From a virus: DNA of 32,000 nucleotides. Below, piece after piece: positions 1 through 7,605 of this stretch. A program made the position numbers and the translations under genes. Where the stretch lies: the IMG/VR virus record IMGVR_UViG_3300027908_000022, positions 45,686 to 77,685 of that record. The stretch is one strand, 5' to 3'. The notes under the pieces were generated by a model. The model saw only the letters and a program-made list of their open reading frames with translations. It was not told the origin of the DNA and made no database searches. Position 1 is the first letter of the stretch. Every line of letters begins with the position of its first letter.

Positions 1-128
1 TCGGCTGGGCGACGACGGTTCCGTCATTCGGGCTCGTGCTGCGATTGTCTGGCCCAGATAGCGGCGGCTACGTGTCGCTCAGAGGATCTCGGCTTGGATC
101 GAAGGGGGACGAACCCGAGGAGGCTGCG

Positions 129-308
129 ATGTCCGTGTTCGGGCTTACGAAGGAAGAGGTGTTCTATCTGTTTTATCCGTACTATTCGGGCCTAAGGTTC
201 AACGCGAGCCCGAAGCGCGTCGCCAAGCATATCCGCGACTTCGTCAAGCGCGGCGGCCTCCCACCGGGCCACCCGGCACCGCGCCACCCGGATGCGGTGC
301 CGTTTTGA
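129..308 (+). CDS. hypothetical protein (59 aa if ATG 129)
   Basis: ATG 129 lies 5 nt after GAGGAGG (117-123). The same frame is open back to nt 2, so a longer gene cut by the window edge is possible. TGA 306-308. Confidence 0.5.
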   Translation: MSVFGLTKEEVFYLFYPYYSGLRFNASPKRVAKHIRDFVKRGGLPPGHPAPRHPDAVPF

Positions 309-511
309 ACGCGAATGGGCGAGCCCGGGCGAGGGAGCAGGCGCGAGCTGCGGCTGCCGATGCGCGTCAATTGGCCACCACCGACGAGGCTTCAGGGATA
401 AAAGTGATGAAGGCCGATATCGCAGCGCTCGCGGCCGCGATCGATCTGCTGGCCGACGTGAGCCAAGCGCAGGACGATCTGATCGCGAGGCTGGAGGACC
501 GCCATGGGTAA
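305..511 (+). CDS. hypothetical small Ala/Arg-rich helical protein
   Basis: TTG 305 overlaps the upstream stop (TTGA). Alternative ATG 407 follows AGGGA. The C-terminal half is MKADIAALAAAIDLLADVSQAQDDLIARLEDRHG. Confidence 0.4.
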   Translation: MNANGRARAREQARAAAADARQLATTDEASGIKVMKADIAALAAAIDLLADVSQAQDDLIARLEDRHG

Positions 512-740
512 CATCCGAACCGCAAGCACCGAGGCCCTTGAGGCCGAACTGGCCCGCCGTAAAGAGACGTCGTCGGCCCGGCCGACGCCGCTACCCACTC
601 CGGACTGGGCCCCGCTCGTCAATCTCATCACGGAGGGCGAGCACCAAGACGACGACTTCGCCCACTACGTCTACGAGGCCGCCATGACGGCGGTGTACGG
701 CGAAGCCTATTGGGAATGGCGCAGGAAGCAGGACTGGTGA
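504..740 (+). CDS. hypothetical protein (78 aa)
   Basis: ATG 504 overlaps the upstream stop (ATGGGTAA). Stop TGA 738-740 overlaps the next start (TGATG). Confidence 0.6.
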   Translation: MGNIRTASTEALEAELARRKETSSARPTPLPTPDWAPLVNLITEGEHQDDDFAHYVYEAAMTAVYGEAYWEWRRKQDW

Positions 741-1702
741 TGACGCCCGCCACCGCCGCCGTGTCCACCGAGCTGATCGAGGAGCTCGCGCGACCCGAGC
801 CGCCCGGGCCGACGATCCTTGATCTGCCGAACGGCATTCATGAGGGCGTGCCCGGGACGCAGTATTACGCCCGGGTTCTCGGTGTCGCGAGCAACAGCAT
901 CCTGACGAAGTTCGCGCGCGCCGAGGTGCTCTATCACCTCTGGGTCACGGGGCAGCTGCCGGACGAGAGCACGAAGGCGCTCAACTTCGGGATCGCGTTC
1001 CACATGGCCGTGCTCGAGCCGGACCAATACGCGCGGCAGTACGCGGCCGAGCCCGACTTCGGATATTGCGTGGCCCACCAGCCCAGCGGCACGACGAAAG
1101 AGCAGGGCGCGGAGAATAAGAAGCGCCGCGACGCGTGGCGGGCCGCGCACGCCGGCGCGGTGCGGCTCGACAGCGACGACGCCCTGCACATCGCCGGCAT
1201 GCGCGAGAGCCTCCTGCGGCACCCGCTCGTGCGGACGATGGTCGAGCGTGGGCGTCGCGAAACGACCGTGAAATGGGAGGACGAGGAGACCGGCGTCATC
1301 TGCAAGAGCCGGATGGACACGTGGCTCGACGGCATCGCGCTCATTGGGGACTTGAAGAGCACCGTCGACGCGCGACCGGACGCCTTCGCGCGGAGCGTCG
1401 AGAAGTACGGCTACGCGCGGCAGGCCGTCTTTTACCCGCAAGGCGTGCATGCGGTGACGGGGACCCACCAGCGATTCGCCATGGTGGCCTGCGAGAAGCG
1501 CCCTCCCTATCTGAGCGCGGTGTATACTCTGGCGCCCGACGCGCTCCGCGTGGGGCAGTATGAATGCAGGGTGCTTCTGCGGCGGTTCCGCCGATGCATC
1601 GATCGGGGCGTGTGGCGCGGACTGCCCCAGGGCATCACCGAGCTCGCGCTGCGACCGTGGTATGAGCCTGAAACGGACGATGAGGAAAACGAGGACCAAT
1701 GA
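740..1702 (+). CDS. PD-(D/E)XK exonuclease (RecE / DUF3799-like), partner of RecT
   Basis: Start ATG 740 in a TGATG overlap. Motifs GIAFHMAVLEP, ALIGDLKST (D-x-K) and YGYARQAVFY (QxxxY) match PD-(D/E)XK recombination exonucleases. It sits directly upstream of RecT with an ATGA overlap. Confidence 0.75.
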   Translation: MTPATAAVSTELIEELARPEPPGPTILDLPNGIHEGVPGTQYYARVLGVASNSILTKFARAEVLYHLWVTGQLPDESTKALNFGIAFHMAVLEPDQYARQYAAEPDFGYCVAHQPSGTTKEQGAENKKRRDAWRAAHAGAVRLDSDDALHIAGMRESLLRHPLVRTMVERGRRETTVKWEDEETGVICKSRMDTWLDGIALIGDLKSTVDARPDAFARSVEKYGYARQAVFYPQGVHAVTGTHQRFAMVACEKRPPYLSAVYTLAPDALRVGQYECRVLLRRFRRCIDRGVWRGLPQGITELALRPWYEPETDDEENEDQ

Positions 1703-2871
1703 CGACGCAAGCTCCCGGCACGCAGCAACCCGCAGCAACGCCAGCGGCGCCCCCAGCCAAACCATCCACCGCGCTCGCGCGGCCGCCGGACGACGGCGCG
1801 GCGCTGAACGCCTTCGCGAGCATCGCGAACTTCGAGGCCGCCCAGCGCATGGGCAAGATGCTTTGCCGAAGCTCGCTCGTACCGAAGGCGTATCAGGGCG
1901 AAGAGAACCTCGGCAACTGCATTATTGCCTTGGAGCTCGCCGCTCGCATCGGCGCGAGCGTGTTCATGGTGATGCAGAACCTGCACATCATCCAGGGGCG
2001 CCCCGGGTGGGCCGCGCAGTTCTTGATCGCCAGCGTCAACGCGTCGGGCCGCTTCACTCCCCTGCGGTTCCGTGCCGAAGGCAAAATCGGCGAGGACTCG
2101 TACGGCGTGCGCGCGGTCGCCAAGGATATCAAGAGCGGCGAGGAACTCGAGGGCACACTCATCACGTGGGAGATGGTCAAGGGCGAGGGCTGGCTCGGCA
2201 AGCCCGGCAGCAAGTGGCGCACGATGCCGGCCCAAATGTTCCTTTACCGCGCAGGGTCATTCTGGACGCGCACGTACGCTCCGGAAATTGGGCTGGGCCT
2301 GCAGACCGCTGAGGAACTGCACGACACGATTGATACCGTCGGGTCCTCGGTGCCGGACGACGGCCCGGCTCTGCCGGCAGAAGGCGCGGCACAGATCGAG
2401 GACGCGCTCCGTGGGCTCGGCAGCAACGGGACGCCGGCGCCCAGCGTGCCGCTCAACTTCCATGTCACCATGCCGCCGGCGACCACCGGCCAGGCGATCG
2501 CCCAAGGCGCGACCCACCCGCCCCTCACCCCGAGCGCATCGGAGTCGCCCCAGGCGACCGCTGGAGCGCCTCCGGCCCCCGCGGCTACCCCTGACGCCAC
2601 GCCTCCCGCCGCGCGCCGCGGACGCCCGCCGAAGGCCCAAGGCGCCCCGGCGCCCGCCTCCCCCGCGGAGCCCGCCGCCGCTGGTACCATATGCTGGGTG
2701 TGCGGGAAGGTGTGCGGGGCGGATGCGGTGGCCAGCCAAGGCCCCAAAGGTCCAGGCCATCGACACCCAGACTGCGCGCCTTTCGGCGCCGCCGCCGAGC
2801 CCGCCGATCCGGAACCGCCGGCCGACGTCAAGACAGAGACATTCGATGACGATCTAGGAGGTCGAGAATGA
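1699..2871 (+). CDS. recT: RecT-family single-strand annealing protein with a long Pro/Ala-rich C-terminal extension
   Basis: Core residues about 35-205 (FEAAQRMGKMLCRSSLVPKAY, NLHIIQGRPGW, WRTMPAQMFLYRAGSFW) match RecT. Residues about 212-390 are low complexity with an RGRP AT-hook-like motif and a CWVCGKVC...HRHPDC Cys/His cluster. Confidence 0.85.
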   Translation: MTTQAPGTQQPAATPAAPPAKPSTALARPPDDGAALNAFASIANFEAAQRMGKMLCRSSLVPKAYQGEENLGNCIIALELAARIGASVFMVMQNLHIIQGRPGWAAQFLIASVNASGRFTPLRFRAEGKIGEDSYGVRAVAKDIKSGEELEGTLITWEMVKGEGWLGKPGSKWRTMPAQMFLYRAGSFWTRTYAPEIGLGLQTAEELHDTIDTVGSSVPDDGPALPAEGAAQIEDALRGLGSNGTPAPSVPLNFHVTMPPATTGQAIAQGATHPPLTPSASESPQATAGAPPAPAATPDATPPAARRGRPPKAQGAPAPASPAEPAAAGTICWVCGKVCGADAVASQGPKGPGHRHPDCAPFGAAAEPADPEPPADVKTETFDDDLGGRE

Positions 2872-3080
2872 ACAAGGAATTTGCAGTCCATATGCTGAAC
2901 GAGGGTGGCAAAGCCAAGGCCACGGCGATCGCCAACGCGTTCGACGAGTGCCTGACCACGCTGCTCGCCATCCTTCCGGAGCCGTCGCGGGAAATGTCGA
3001 TCGCCCGAACGAAGCTCGAAGAGGCGTGCTTCTTCGCGAAAAAGGCCATGGCGAGCAAGCCAGAGAACGTCGGTGGTTGA
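2868..3080 (+). CDS. small helical protein, candidate Acb2/Tad1-hairpin-like nucleotide sponge
   Basis: 70 aa with an ATGA overlap with recT. The motif SREMSIARTKLEEACFFAKKAMA resembles the R-x-x-S-x-A-x-TKLEEA-x-x-W/F-A-x-KA hairpin that I recall from Acb2/Vs.4-type phage proteins. This is recall only, not a search. Confidence 0.55.
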   Translation: MNKEFAVHMLNEGGKAKATAIANAFDECLTTLLAILPEPSREMSIARTKLEEACFFAKKAMASKPENVGG

Positions 3081-3333
3081 CGCCTATCGTGAGCCGCCGC
3101 CGCCCACACGGGAGGAGTTCACCGCCTTGGAAGATCGGATCGCCGCCGTCGAGAAGCGGCGCCCGTGGACCAAGGTGATCGTGCTGGCGTTCGTTCCGGG
3201 TGTAGTCGTCGCGCTGGCGTATGACCACGAGTGGGGCGGCCCGGCTCTGCGCGGAGTCGGTATCGCCATCGCGGCGGTCTGCTCCGGGGCTGCGGTTATG
3301 TGGCTGATCGAGACGGAAGGGAAGCCGGGGTAG
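3073..3333 (+). CDS. small membrane protein (2 predicted TM segments)
   Basis: GTG 3073 overlaps the upstream stop by 8 nt. Hydrophobic stretches are VIVLAFVPGVVVALAY and GVGIAIAAVCSGAAVMWLI. Confidence 0.6.
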   Translation: MVDAYREPPPPTREEFTALEDRIAAVEKRRPWTKVIVLAFVPGVVVALAYDHEWGGPALRGVGIAIAAVCSGAAVMWLIETEGKPG

Positions 3334-3377
3334 TAGGGTCCCAATGATGCGCGCGAGGTCCCCGGCGTACAGCCTCA

Positions 3378-3435
3378 CTGTATATACAGGCCGTGTCGAA
3401 TACCCCTTGCGTGCGCCGATACCGTGTATATACTG
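3378..3435. promoter_or_regulatory. pair of AT-rich palindromic operator-like sites sharing the core TGTATATAC
   Basis: CTGTATATACAG (3378-3389, perfect 12-bp palindrome) and GTGTATATACTG (3424-3435) lie 46 bp apart in the only sizeable intergenic gap of the early operon. They stand out strongly against the GC-rich background. Confidence 0.45.
3407..3434 (+). promoter_or_regulatory. candidate sigma70-like promoter overlapped by the second operator
   Basis: TTGCGT (3407-3412), a 16-nt spacer, then TATACT (3429-3434). GGAGG (3443-3447) and ATG 3453 follow. Confidence 0.35.
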
Positions 3436-3452
3436 ATGGTGTGGAGGCGAAC

Positions 3453-3767
3453 ATGACGACGGACCTGATGACCTGGGCGACGACAGCGAGCGAGGGCGAC
3501 TACCTGGCGACGTGGGCCGCGATGACGACGGACGAGGTGCGCCCCGGGTACTACGTCGTGACGCACGACGACTCGGACGCCGTGATTTGGGAGGGCGAGG
3601 CGTCGTCCAATCAGGTCGCGTACGAGGCCGCCGAGCGCGCCGACATCGGCTCGCGGTGCGGGTGGAGCGACCCGGAGCTGGACGCGGTCAAGCGCGTCCT
3701 GCGCCGCGGGGGCCTGACGCTCGCCACGGACGATCGCGGCCTGTATGCGGCGCGGGTGCAGTCGTGA
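3453..3767 (+). CDS. hypothetical protein (104 aa)
   Basis: ATG 3453 lies 5 nt after GGAGG. The track ORF start at 3393 would run through the operator region. Stop TGA 3765-3767. Confidence 0.65.
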   Translation: MTTDLMTWATTASEGDYLATWAAMTTDEVRPGYYVVTHDDSDAVIWEGEASSNQVAYEAAERADIGSRCGWSDPELDAVKRVLRRGGLTLATDDRGLYAARVQS

Positions 3768-3949
3768 GCCGGGCCACGGTGCCTGGCGGCAAGGAGGCAC
3801 GCCGCCGCACCCGCCCCGCCAAGCTCCTGACGCTGTCGGTGGAGGCGTGGGCGCGGCTCGACGCAATTGCGGCGGAGCGAGGACAGACGCGATCAGGCGC
3901 GGTGGAGCAGCTGGTCCGACGCGCGCGGCTCAAGAGCGACGGCGAGTAG
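3764..3949 (+). CDS. ribbon-helix-helix (CopG/Arc-like) DNA-binding protein
   Basis: GTG 3764 in a GTGA overlap. KLLTLSVEAWARLDAIAAERGQTRSGAVEQLVRRA fits the beta-strand / helix / helix RHH pattern after a basic N-terminal arm. Confidence 0.65.
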   Translation: MSRATVPGGKEARRRTRPAKLLTLSVEAWARLDAIAAERGQTRSGAVEQLVRRARLKSDGE

Positions 3950-3984
3950 GGTCGGAGAGATGCGCGCGAGAGGAGACGAGAAGC

Positions 3985-4308
3985 ATGAAGGGCAAGCGCC
4001 TTCCGTTGGGTGAGTGGCCGAAGGAGCCCGGCGACTACATGGGCCCGATCATGGGGTACACCGGCGACAAGCCGGCTGTCTTCTTCCTCAAGCCCAACGC
4101 ACGCGATCCGGGTGTACCGGCCATCGCTCGCGCGCTCCAGCACGCGGTGTCACCACCGCATACGTTTCGAGAGTGCCCCGATGGGAGCCTCGAGATCCGC
4201 GCATCGCTCGGCGACATGCACGAGCAGTCCGACGGGTCCAAGCTCATTCAGGTGAGCGACGGATGGCATGGGTACCTCGACGAGGGCCACGAGTGGCGGA
4301 AGTGCTGA
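3985..4308 (+). CDS. hypothetical protein (107 aa)
   Basis: ATG 3985 follows GAGGAGACGAG. It ends in GWHGYLDEGHEWRKC. I recognise no family with confidence. Confidence 0.6.
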   Translation: MKGKRLPLGEWPKEPGDYMGPIMGYTGDKPAVFFLKPNARDPGVPAIARALQHAVSPPHTFRECPDGSLEIRASLGDMHEQSDGSKLIQVSDGWHGYLDEGHEWRKC

Positions 4309-4334
4309 TCATGCGCGCGAGAAAGGAGGAGACG

Positions 4335-4604
4335 ATGGGCCTCAGCGAGAAGTACTGCCGGGAGCTGCATAGCGACCACCTGGCCAATCACGCCATACAC
4401 TGGTGGCGCTGCTACCTGCTGAAGGGTCACGAGGGCCCCTGTCGGCGCATCGACACTCTGCCAGATGACGTGACCGCTGTGCAGATGGGGGAGCCGTGCG
4501 ACACCTGCAACGACACTAGGACCGTGCCGGACTGTCTGGGTACAGCGACCCCAAGGATGCTCCCGTGTCCGGCGTGCTCCGCAGCCCCACTGTCCCAGGA
4601 GTGA
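4335..4604 (+). CDS. hypothetical Cys-rich protein (possible zinc ribbon)
   Basis: ATG 4335 lies 5 nt after AAGGAGG (4323-4329). The C-terminal part has CDTCNDTRTVPDC...LPCPAC. Confidence 0.6.
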   Translation: MGLSEKYCRELHSDHLANHAIHWWRCYLLKGHEGPCRRIDTLPDDVTAVQMGEPCDTCNDTRTVPDCLGTATPRMLPCPACSAAPLSQE

Positions 4605-4647
4605 AGACCGTGCGCGCTTACACGCTGGCGACGAAGGAGACGTAGCG

Positions 4648-4875
4648 ATGAGCCTCTGGGACTGCCACAAGGTGACCGATCCGAAGGAAGTAGACGAGGC
4701 CCTGAGCAAGATCCGGGCGTTGTCGCCAGAGCAGCTCAAGGCTGAGCGGGAAGCTCACCTCGTGACCTACTGCGAGCACGGCACCCTGCGCACAGCGCAC
4801 TGCCCCTGGTGTCACATCCAGACGCCGGCCTACCGGCAGGCGCTCGCTAATGCCATGTGGACGGTGCTGGATTGA
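4648..4875 (+). CDS. hypothetical protein with a C-x-H...CPWCH motif
   Basis: ATG 4648 follows AAGGAG. Contains YCEHGTLRTAHCPWCH. Confidence 0.6.
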   Translation: MSLWDCHKVTDPKEVDEALSKIRALSPEQLKAEREAHLVTYCEHGTLRTAHCPWCHIQTPAYRQALANAMWTVLD

Positions 4876-4906
4876 TGCGCGCTTTGAGCGGGAAGGAGAG
4901 AGGGCC

Positions 4907-5095
4907 ATGAGTGACGGACCGACGAGGCAGGAAGCGGCACGCGACAAGCTCGAACGTGCGGCGATGCGATTCAGCGTGGTCGGACGTCGGCCGGCGACGG
5001 ACGAGAACCGACCCAAGTTCCAGCGAGCGACGGCAGCGCTACATAGTGCCGCGATGGACTATGCCTCCGCCGTCTCGAAGAGGCAGGAGACATGA
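4907..5095 (+). CDS. hypothetical protein (62 aa)
   Basis: ATG 4907 follows GGAAGGAGAGAGGG. Stop overlaps the next start (ATGA). Confidence 0.55.
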   Translation: MSDGPTRQEAARDKLERAAMRFSVVGRRPATDENRPKFQRATAALHSAAMDYASAVSKRQET

Positions 5096-5478
5096 CGCAC
5101 GAAGAGGGGGCCCGGAAGTGGCTGAACGATCGTAACCTGCTGGTGATCTTGGGCGACCACGAGGCGCAGGTCGTCACCTCCCTCGCCGCCGAGTTCGAGG
5201 CGGTCGCGGCGGAGGCGGCCGATACGGAGACGGTTCGAGCGAGGGTGCATGCCGCGAGTGCGAATCTGTGGGCGAAGAAGCTGGACGAGGAACGCGCCGC
5301 CCATGAACGCACCAAGATCGAACTGAGCCAGCAGGTGGGCGCCGCCCTTGTCGAGCGCGACGAACTCCTGGCCCAGCGCGACGCCTTCGGGCAGAAGGCG
5401 CTGCAGCTACAGGACAGGGTGCGGGAGCTGGAGGCGCAGCAGCTACTGCTCGCCACCACCGCGGGCACGGGAAAGTAG
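5092..5478 (+). CDS. hypothetical coiled-coil protein
   Basis: 128 aa with heptad-like E/A/L/Q-rich sequence (ELSQQVGAALVERDELLAQRDAFGQKALQLQDRVRELEAQQ). Last gene of the + operon. Confidence 0.6.
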   Translation: MTHEEGARKWLNDRNLLVILGDHEAQVVTSLAAEFEAVAAEAADTETVRARVHAASANLWAKKLDEERAAHERTKIELSQQVGAALVERDELLAQRDAFGQKALQLQDRVRELEAQQLLLATTAGTGK

Positions 5479-5486
5479 CCTCGCAA

Positions 5487-6032
5487 TCACCTGAAGTCGC
5501 TTGCCGCGAGCTCGGGCGGATCGTTGAGGCCGAGCGCCAGCCTGAGAAGATGCCGGGCGCGCTCCACTCTGTGAGCCGCCGCGTGACGCGACGTCGTGCC
5601 CTCGGCGACTACGTCCACGTTGCAATCCCCCCACATGATCGATGCGGGCGACGCCGGACAACGCTTGGCCCCACGCTTGAGTAGCTTCCGCCACGCGCGA
5701 GCCTGCGCCATGGCCGAGCCGTCCCCTTCGACGCTCTGGAGCTGCCAGGCGCCGTGGCTCTTGCCGCCGTCCCCGCTCTTCTCTTGGAGGTTCAGCGAGC
5801 TCTCCTTGAAGGCCCAGTAGACCTGGACTGCGGCGTCCTCCGCGTACGAGCCGAAGACCGGGGCGTATTCGGCCGCCTCTTCCGGCGTCTTGGCCAGCAT
5901 GGCGTCCTCCGCGTCGTCCGCCACAACCGTGGCCGTAGCCTCCGCGATGGCGCTAGCGTCCCTCGTGTGGTCAAGACCTCGACCGGTAAGGGCGAGGATG
6001 GCGAGCAGGCAGAGCTTGAGTAGGTGGGCCAT
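5487..6032 (-). CDS. secreted lytic-transglycosylase-like protein
   Basis: ATG at 6032 gives the signal-peptide-like MAHLLKLCLLAILALTG. FKESSLNLQEKSGDGGKSHGAWQLQ resembles the SLT E-S...G-x-x-Q motif. Last gene of the lysis cassette. Confidence 0.55.
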   Translation of the reverse strand: MAHLLKLCLLAILALTGRGLDHTRDASAIAEATATVVADDAEDAMLAKTPEEAAEYAPVFGSYAEDAAVQVYWAFKESSLNLQEKSGDGGKSHGAWQLQSVEGDGSAMAQARAWRKLLKRGAKRCPASPASIMWGDCNVDVVAEGTTSRHAAAHRVERARHLLRLALGLNDPPELAASDFR

Positions 6033-6085
6033 GGCGCGCAACCCTAGGCCATGAGGCCGGATGAGGCAACTTTGGAACGCGACTG

Positions 6086-6823
6086 TTACGGGATGCCGGG
6101 CTGCGTGTCTTCCGAGTCGGATTCCGGCGGCATCGTGTCCCGGGTCGCCCCCTCGGGGATCGGGATGGCCCACCGGCCCGTCGACGTCGCCCAGATCGCG
6201 AAGCACGACCGGCCCTCGAAGTCCTCGAACGCGGCGTCGAAGTCGACCTCGGTCCCGCCGCATTGCTGATCGAACGGCAGGCCCTGGACGAGGCAGTACC
6301 CGCATTGCGGCTCGGCGGCGTTGCCCTGAGCGTCCACGATGCGGCTCCCGCTCTTGTAGTACCGTGTGGCCGCCAAGGCGTAGAGCTCGGCGCTGGTCAT
6401 CGTGAGGCCCGCGCCGATGTAGGCGCCGCTCGTGCAGCCGGTCGCCACGATCGTGGCGGCAAAGGCGTGCTCGTAGGTCGTGATGTCGGCGATGATCGCG
6501 CCGGCGGGGTCCTCGAGGTCCACGAGGATCGTCAGCATCCCGCCGCGCGGGACGCCGATGCTCTTCAGGTGGTCGAGGATGGCTTGCGCGTCGGCGGCCC
6601 CTGACGCGGCCGTAAAGCCGCTCTTGCGTCCGTAGCTGATGAAGACGACGCCGAGCCCTACGCTCGTCAATGCGAGGACTTCGGCCGACGTGACCGAGGT
6701 CCCGTACCGGATCGCGAAGGTCTTCCCAGCGGCCCGCCAGGCGGCGGCAATCGTGGGGGTCGCCACGGCCACGGTGTCGACCCCGGCCGAGCCGGGGGGG
6801 ATGGGGCGAGCGACGAGCGTCAT
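6086..6823 (-). CDS. DUF1906 / Rv2525c-like glycoside-hydrolase-fold protein (putative endolysin)
   Basis: ATG at 6823. GKTFAIRYG, TSVGLGVVFISYG, GAADAQAILDHLKSIGVPRGGMLTILVDLED fit the DUF1906 pattern. Confidence 0.6.
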   Translation of the reverse strand: MTLVARPIPPGSAGVDTVAVATPTIAAAWRAAGKTFAIRYGTSVTSAEVLALTSVGLGVVFISYGRKSGFTAASGAADAQAILDHLKSIGVPRGGMLTILVDLEDPAGAIIADITTYEHAFAATIVATGCTSGAYIGAGLTMTSAELYALAATRYYKSGSRIVDAQGNAAEPQCGYCLVQGLPFDQQCGGTEVDFDAAFEDFEGRSCFAIWATSTGRWAIPIPEGATRDTMPPESDSEDTQPGIP

Positions 6824-6836
6824 GGTGCCCGTGAAG

Positions 6837-7088
6837 TTAGATGGCCCGGATCCCGGCGATGGCGCCGGCCACGTTGCCCACCGCGCTGCCGATCCCACCA
6901 AGCGCCGAAATGATGGCGAGGACGCGCTGACCCGCGGGCGTCGCGGGATCGGTCCAGTCCATGTCATCGTAACACGCGAGCTCAAGCGCCTGCAGGCTTG
7001 GCGGTAGCGCCGCGATGCGCCGCCACTTCGGGCCATCGATGTGGGTCACCTGCTCGAGCTCGACGAGCAGCGTCGTCTCGTCGCTCAT
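6837..7088 (-). CDS. small protein with C-terminal glycine-zipper membrane segment (holin-like candidate)
   Basis: ATG at 7088 in an ATGA overlap. The C-terminus is VLAIISALGGIGSAVGNVAGAIAGIRAI. It sits immediately upstream of the putative endolysin. Confidence 0.5.
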   Translation of the reverse strand: MSDETTLLVELEQVTHIDGPKWRRIAALPPSLQALELACYDDMDWTDPATPAGQRVLAIISALGGIGSAVGNVAGAIAGIRAI

Positions 7089-7339
7089 GGCAGGCACCCC
7101 GCGTCGGCGGCGACGGGCGATGCCGCGCCGTGTCGGTGGAGCATCGACCCTAGGTTGCAGCCGATGGCGTCGAAGCAGCCGGCCGCCTGATCCGACGTAC
7201 ATCCGGCATCCGACAGACAGAGCGCCTCGCACCCCTTCGCGAGCTGGTCGGAGTGCGTCCCCGAGACCGTATCCTTGGCCTCCCACGGGGGGCTACTGCC
7301 GCACGCCGTAAGTGCCATGGCGAAGATCACGAGCTTCAC
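7085..7339 (-). CDS. Cys-rich lipoprotein
   Basis: GTG at 7339 in a GTGA overlap. Signal plus lipobox VKLVIFAMALTAC. The mature part carries 7 further Cys. Confidence 0.6.
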   Translation of the reverse strand: MKLVIFAMALTACGSSPPWEAKDTVSGTHSDQLAKGCEALCLSDAGCTSDQAAGCFDAIGCNLGSMLHRHGAASPVAADAGCLP

Positions 7340-7605
7340 GGACCGCCGTCGCCCCGCGTGCAGGGGACGGCGCACGTCTGCACCGTGCTGCCGTGCACGT
7401 ACATGCAGGCAAGCCATGCAGGCTCGTCCGGGGCTGCGTGTTGGGCGTGGACCGCTGCGACGCCGCCGTCGCTCGGCGCGAGACAGCCGGCCTCGACGAG
7501 CGCGCTGTACACGGTCGCGTCACTCGGGAGCGACGGCGAGCAGTCGCCGCACGCCACGGGGAGGAGCGCGACGGCCCATCCAACGAGGAGAACTGCGGCT
7601 TTCAC
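7336..7605 (-). CDS. Cys-rich lipoprotein
   Basis: GTG at 7605 in a GTGA overlap. Signal plus lipobox VKAAVLLVGWAVALLPVAC. Confidence 0.6.
   Translation of the reverse strand: MKAAVLLVGWAVALLPVACGDCSPSLPSDATVYSALVEAGCLAPSDGGVAAVHAQHAAPDEPAWLACMYVHGSTVQTCAVPCTRGDGGP

Noticed and set aside
707-1765. 352-aa ORF on the - strand opposite the exonuclease gene
   Set aside because: Arg/Pro/Ala/Gly-rich shadow ORF typical of high-GC DNA. The + strand frame has recognisable PD-(D/E)XK motifs and operon context.
3378-3389. CTGTATATACAG as a LexA SOS box
   Set aside because: The spacing (CTG-N6-CAG) is shorter than the E. coli-type box (CTG-N10-CAG) and does not match boxes described for high-GC proteobacterial lineages. 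It is kept only as a generic operator candidate.
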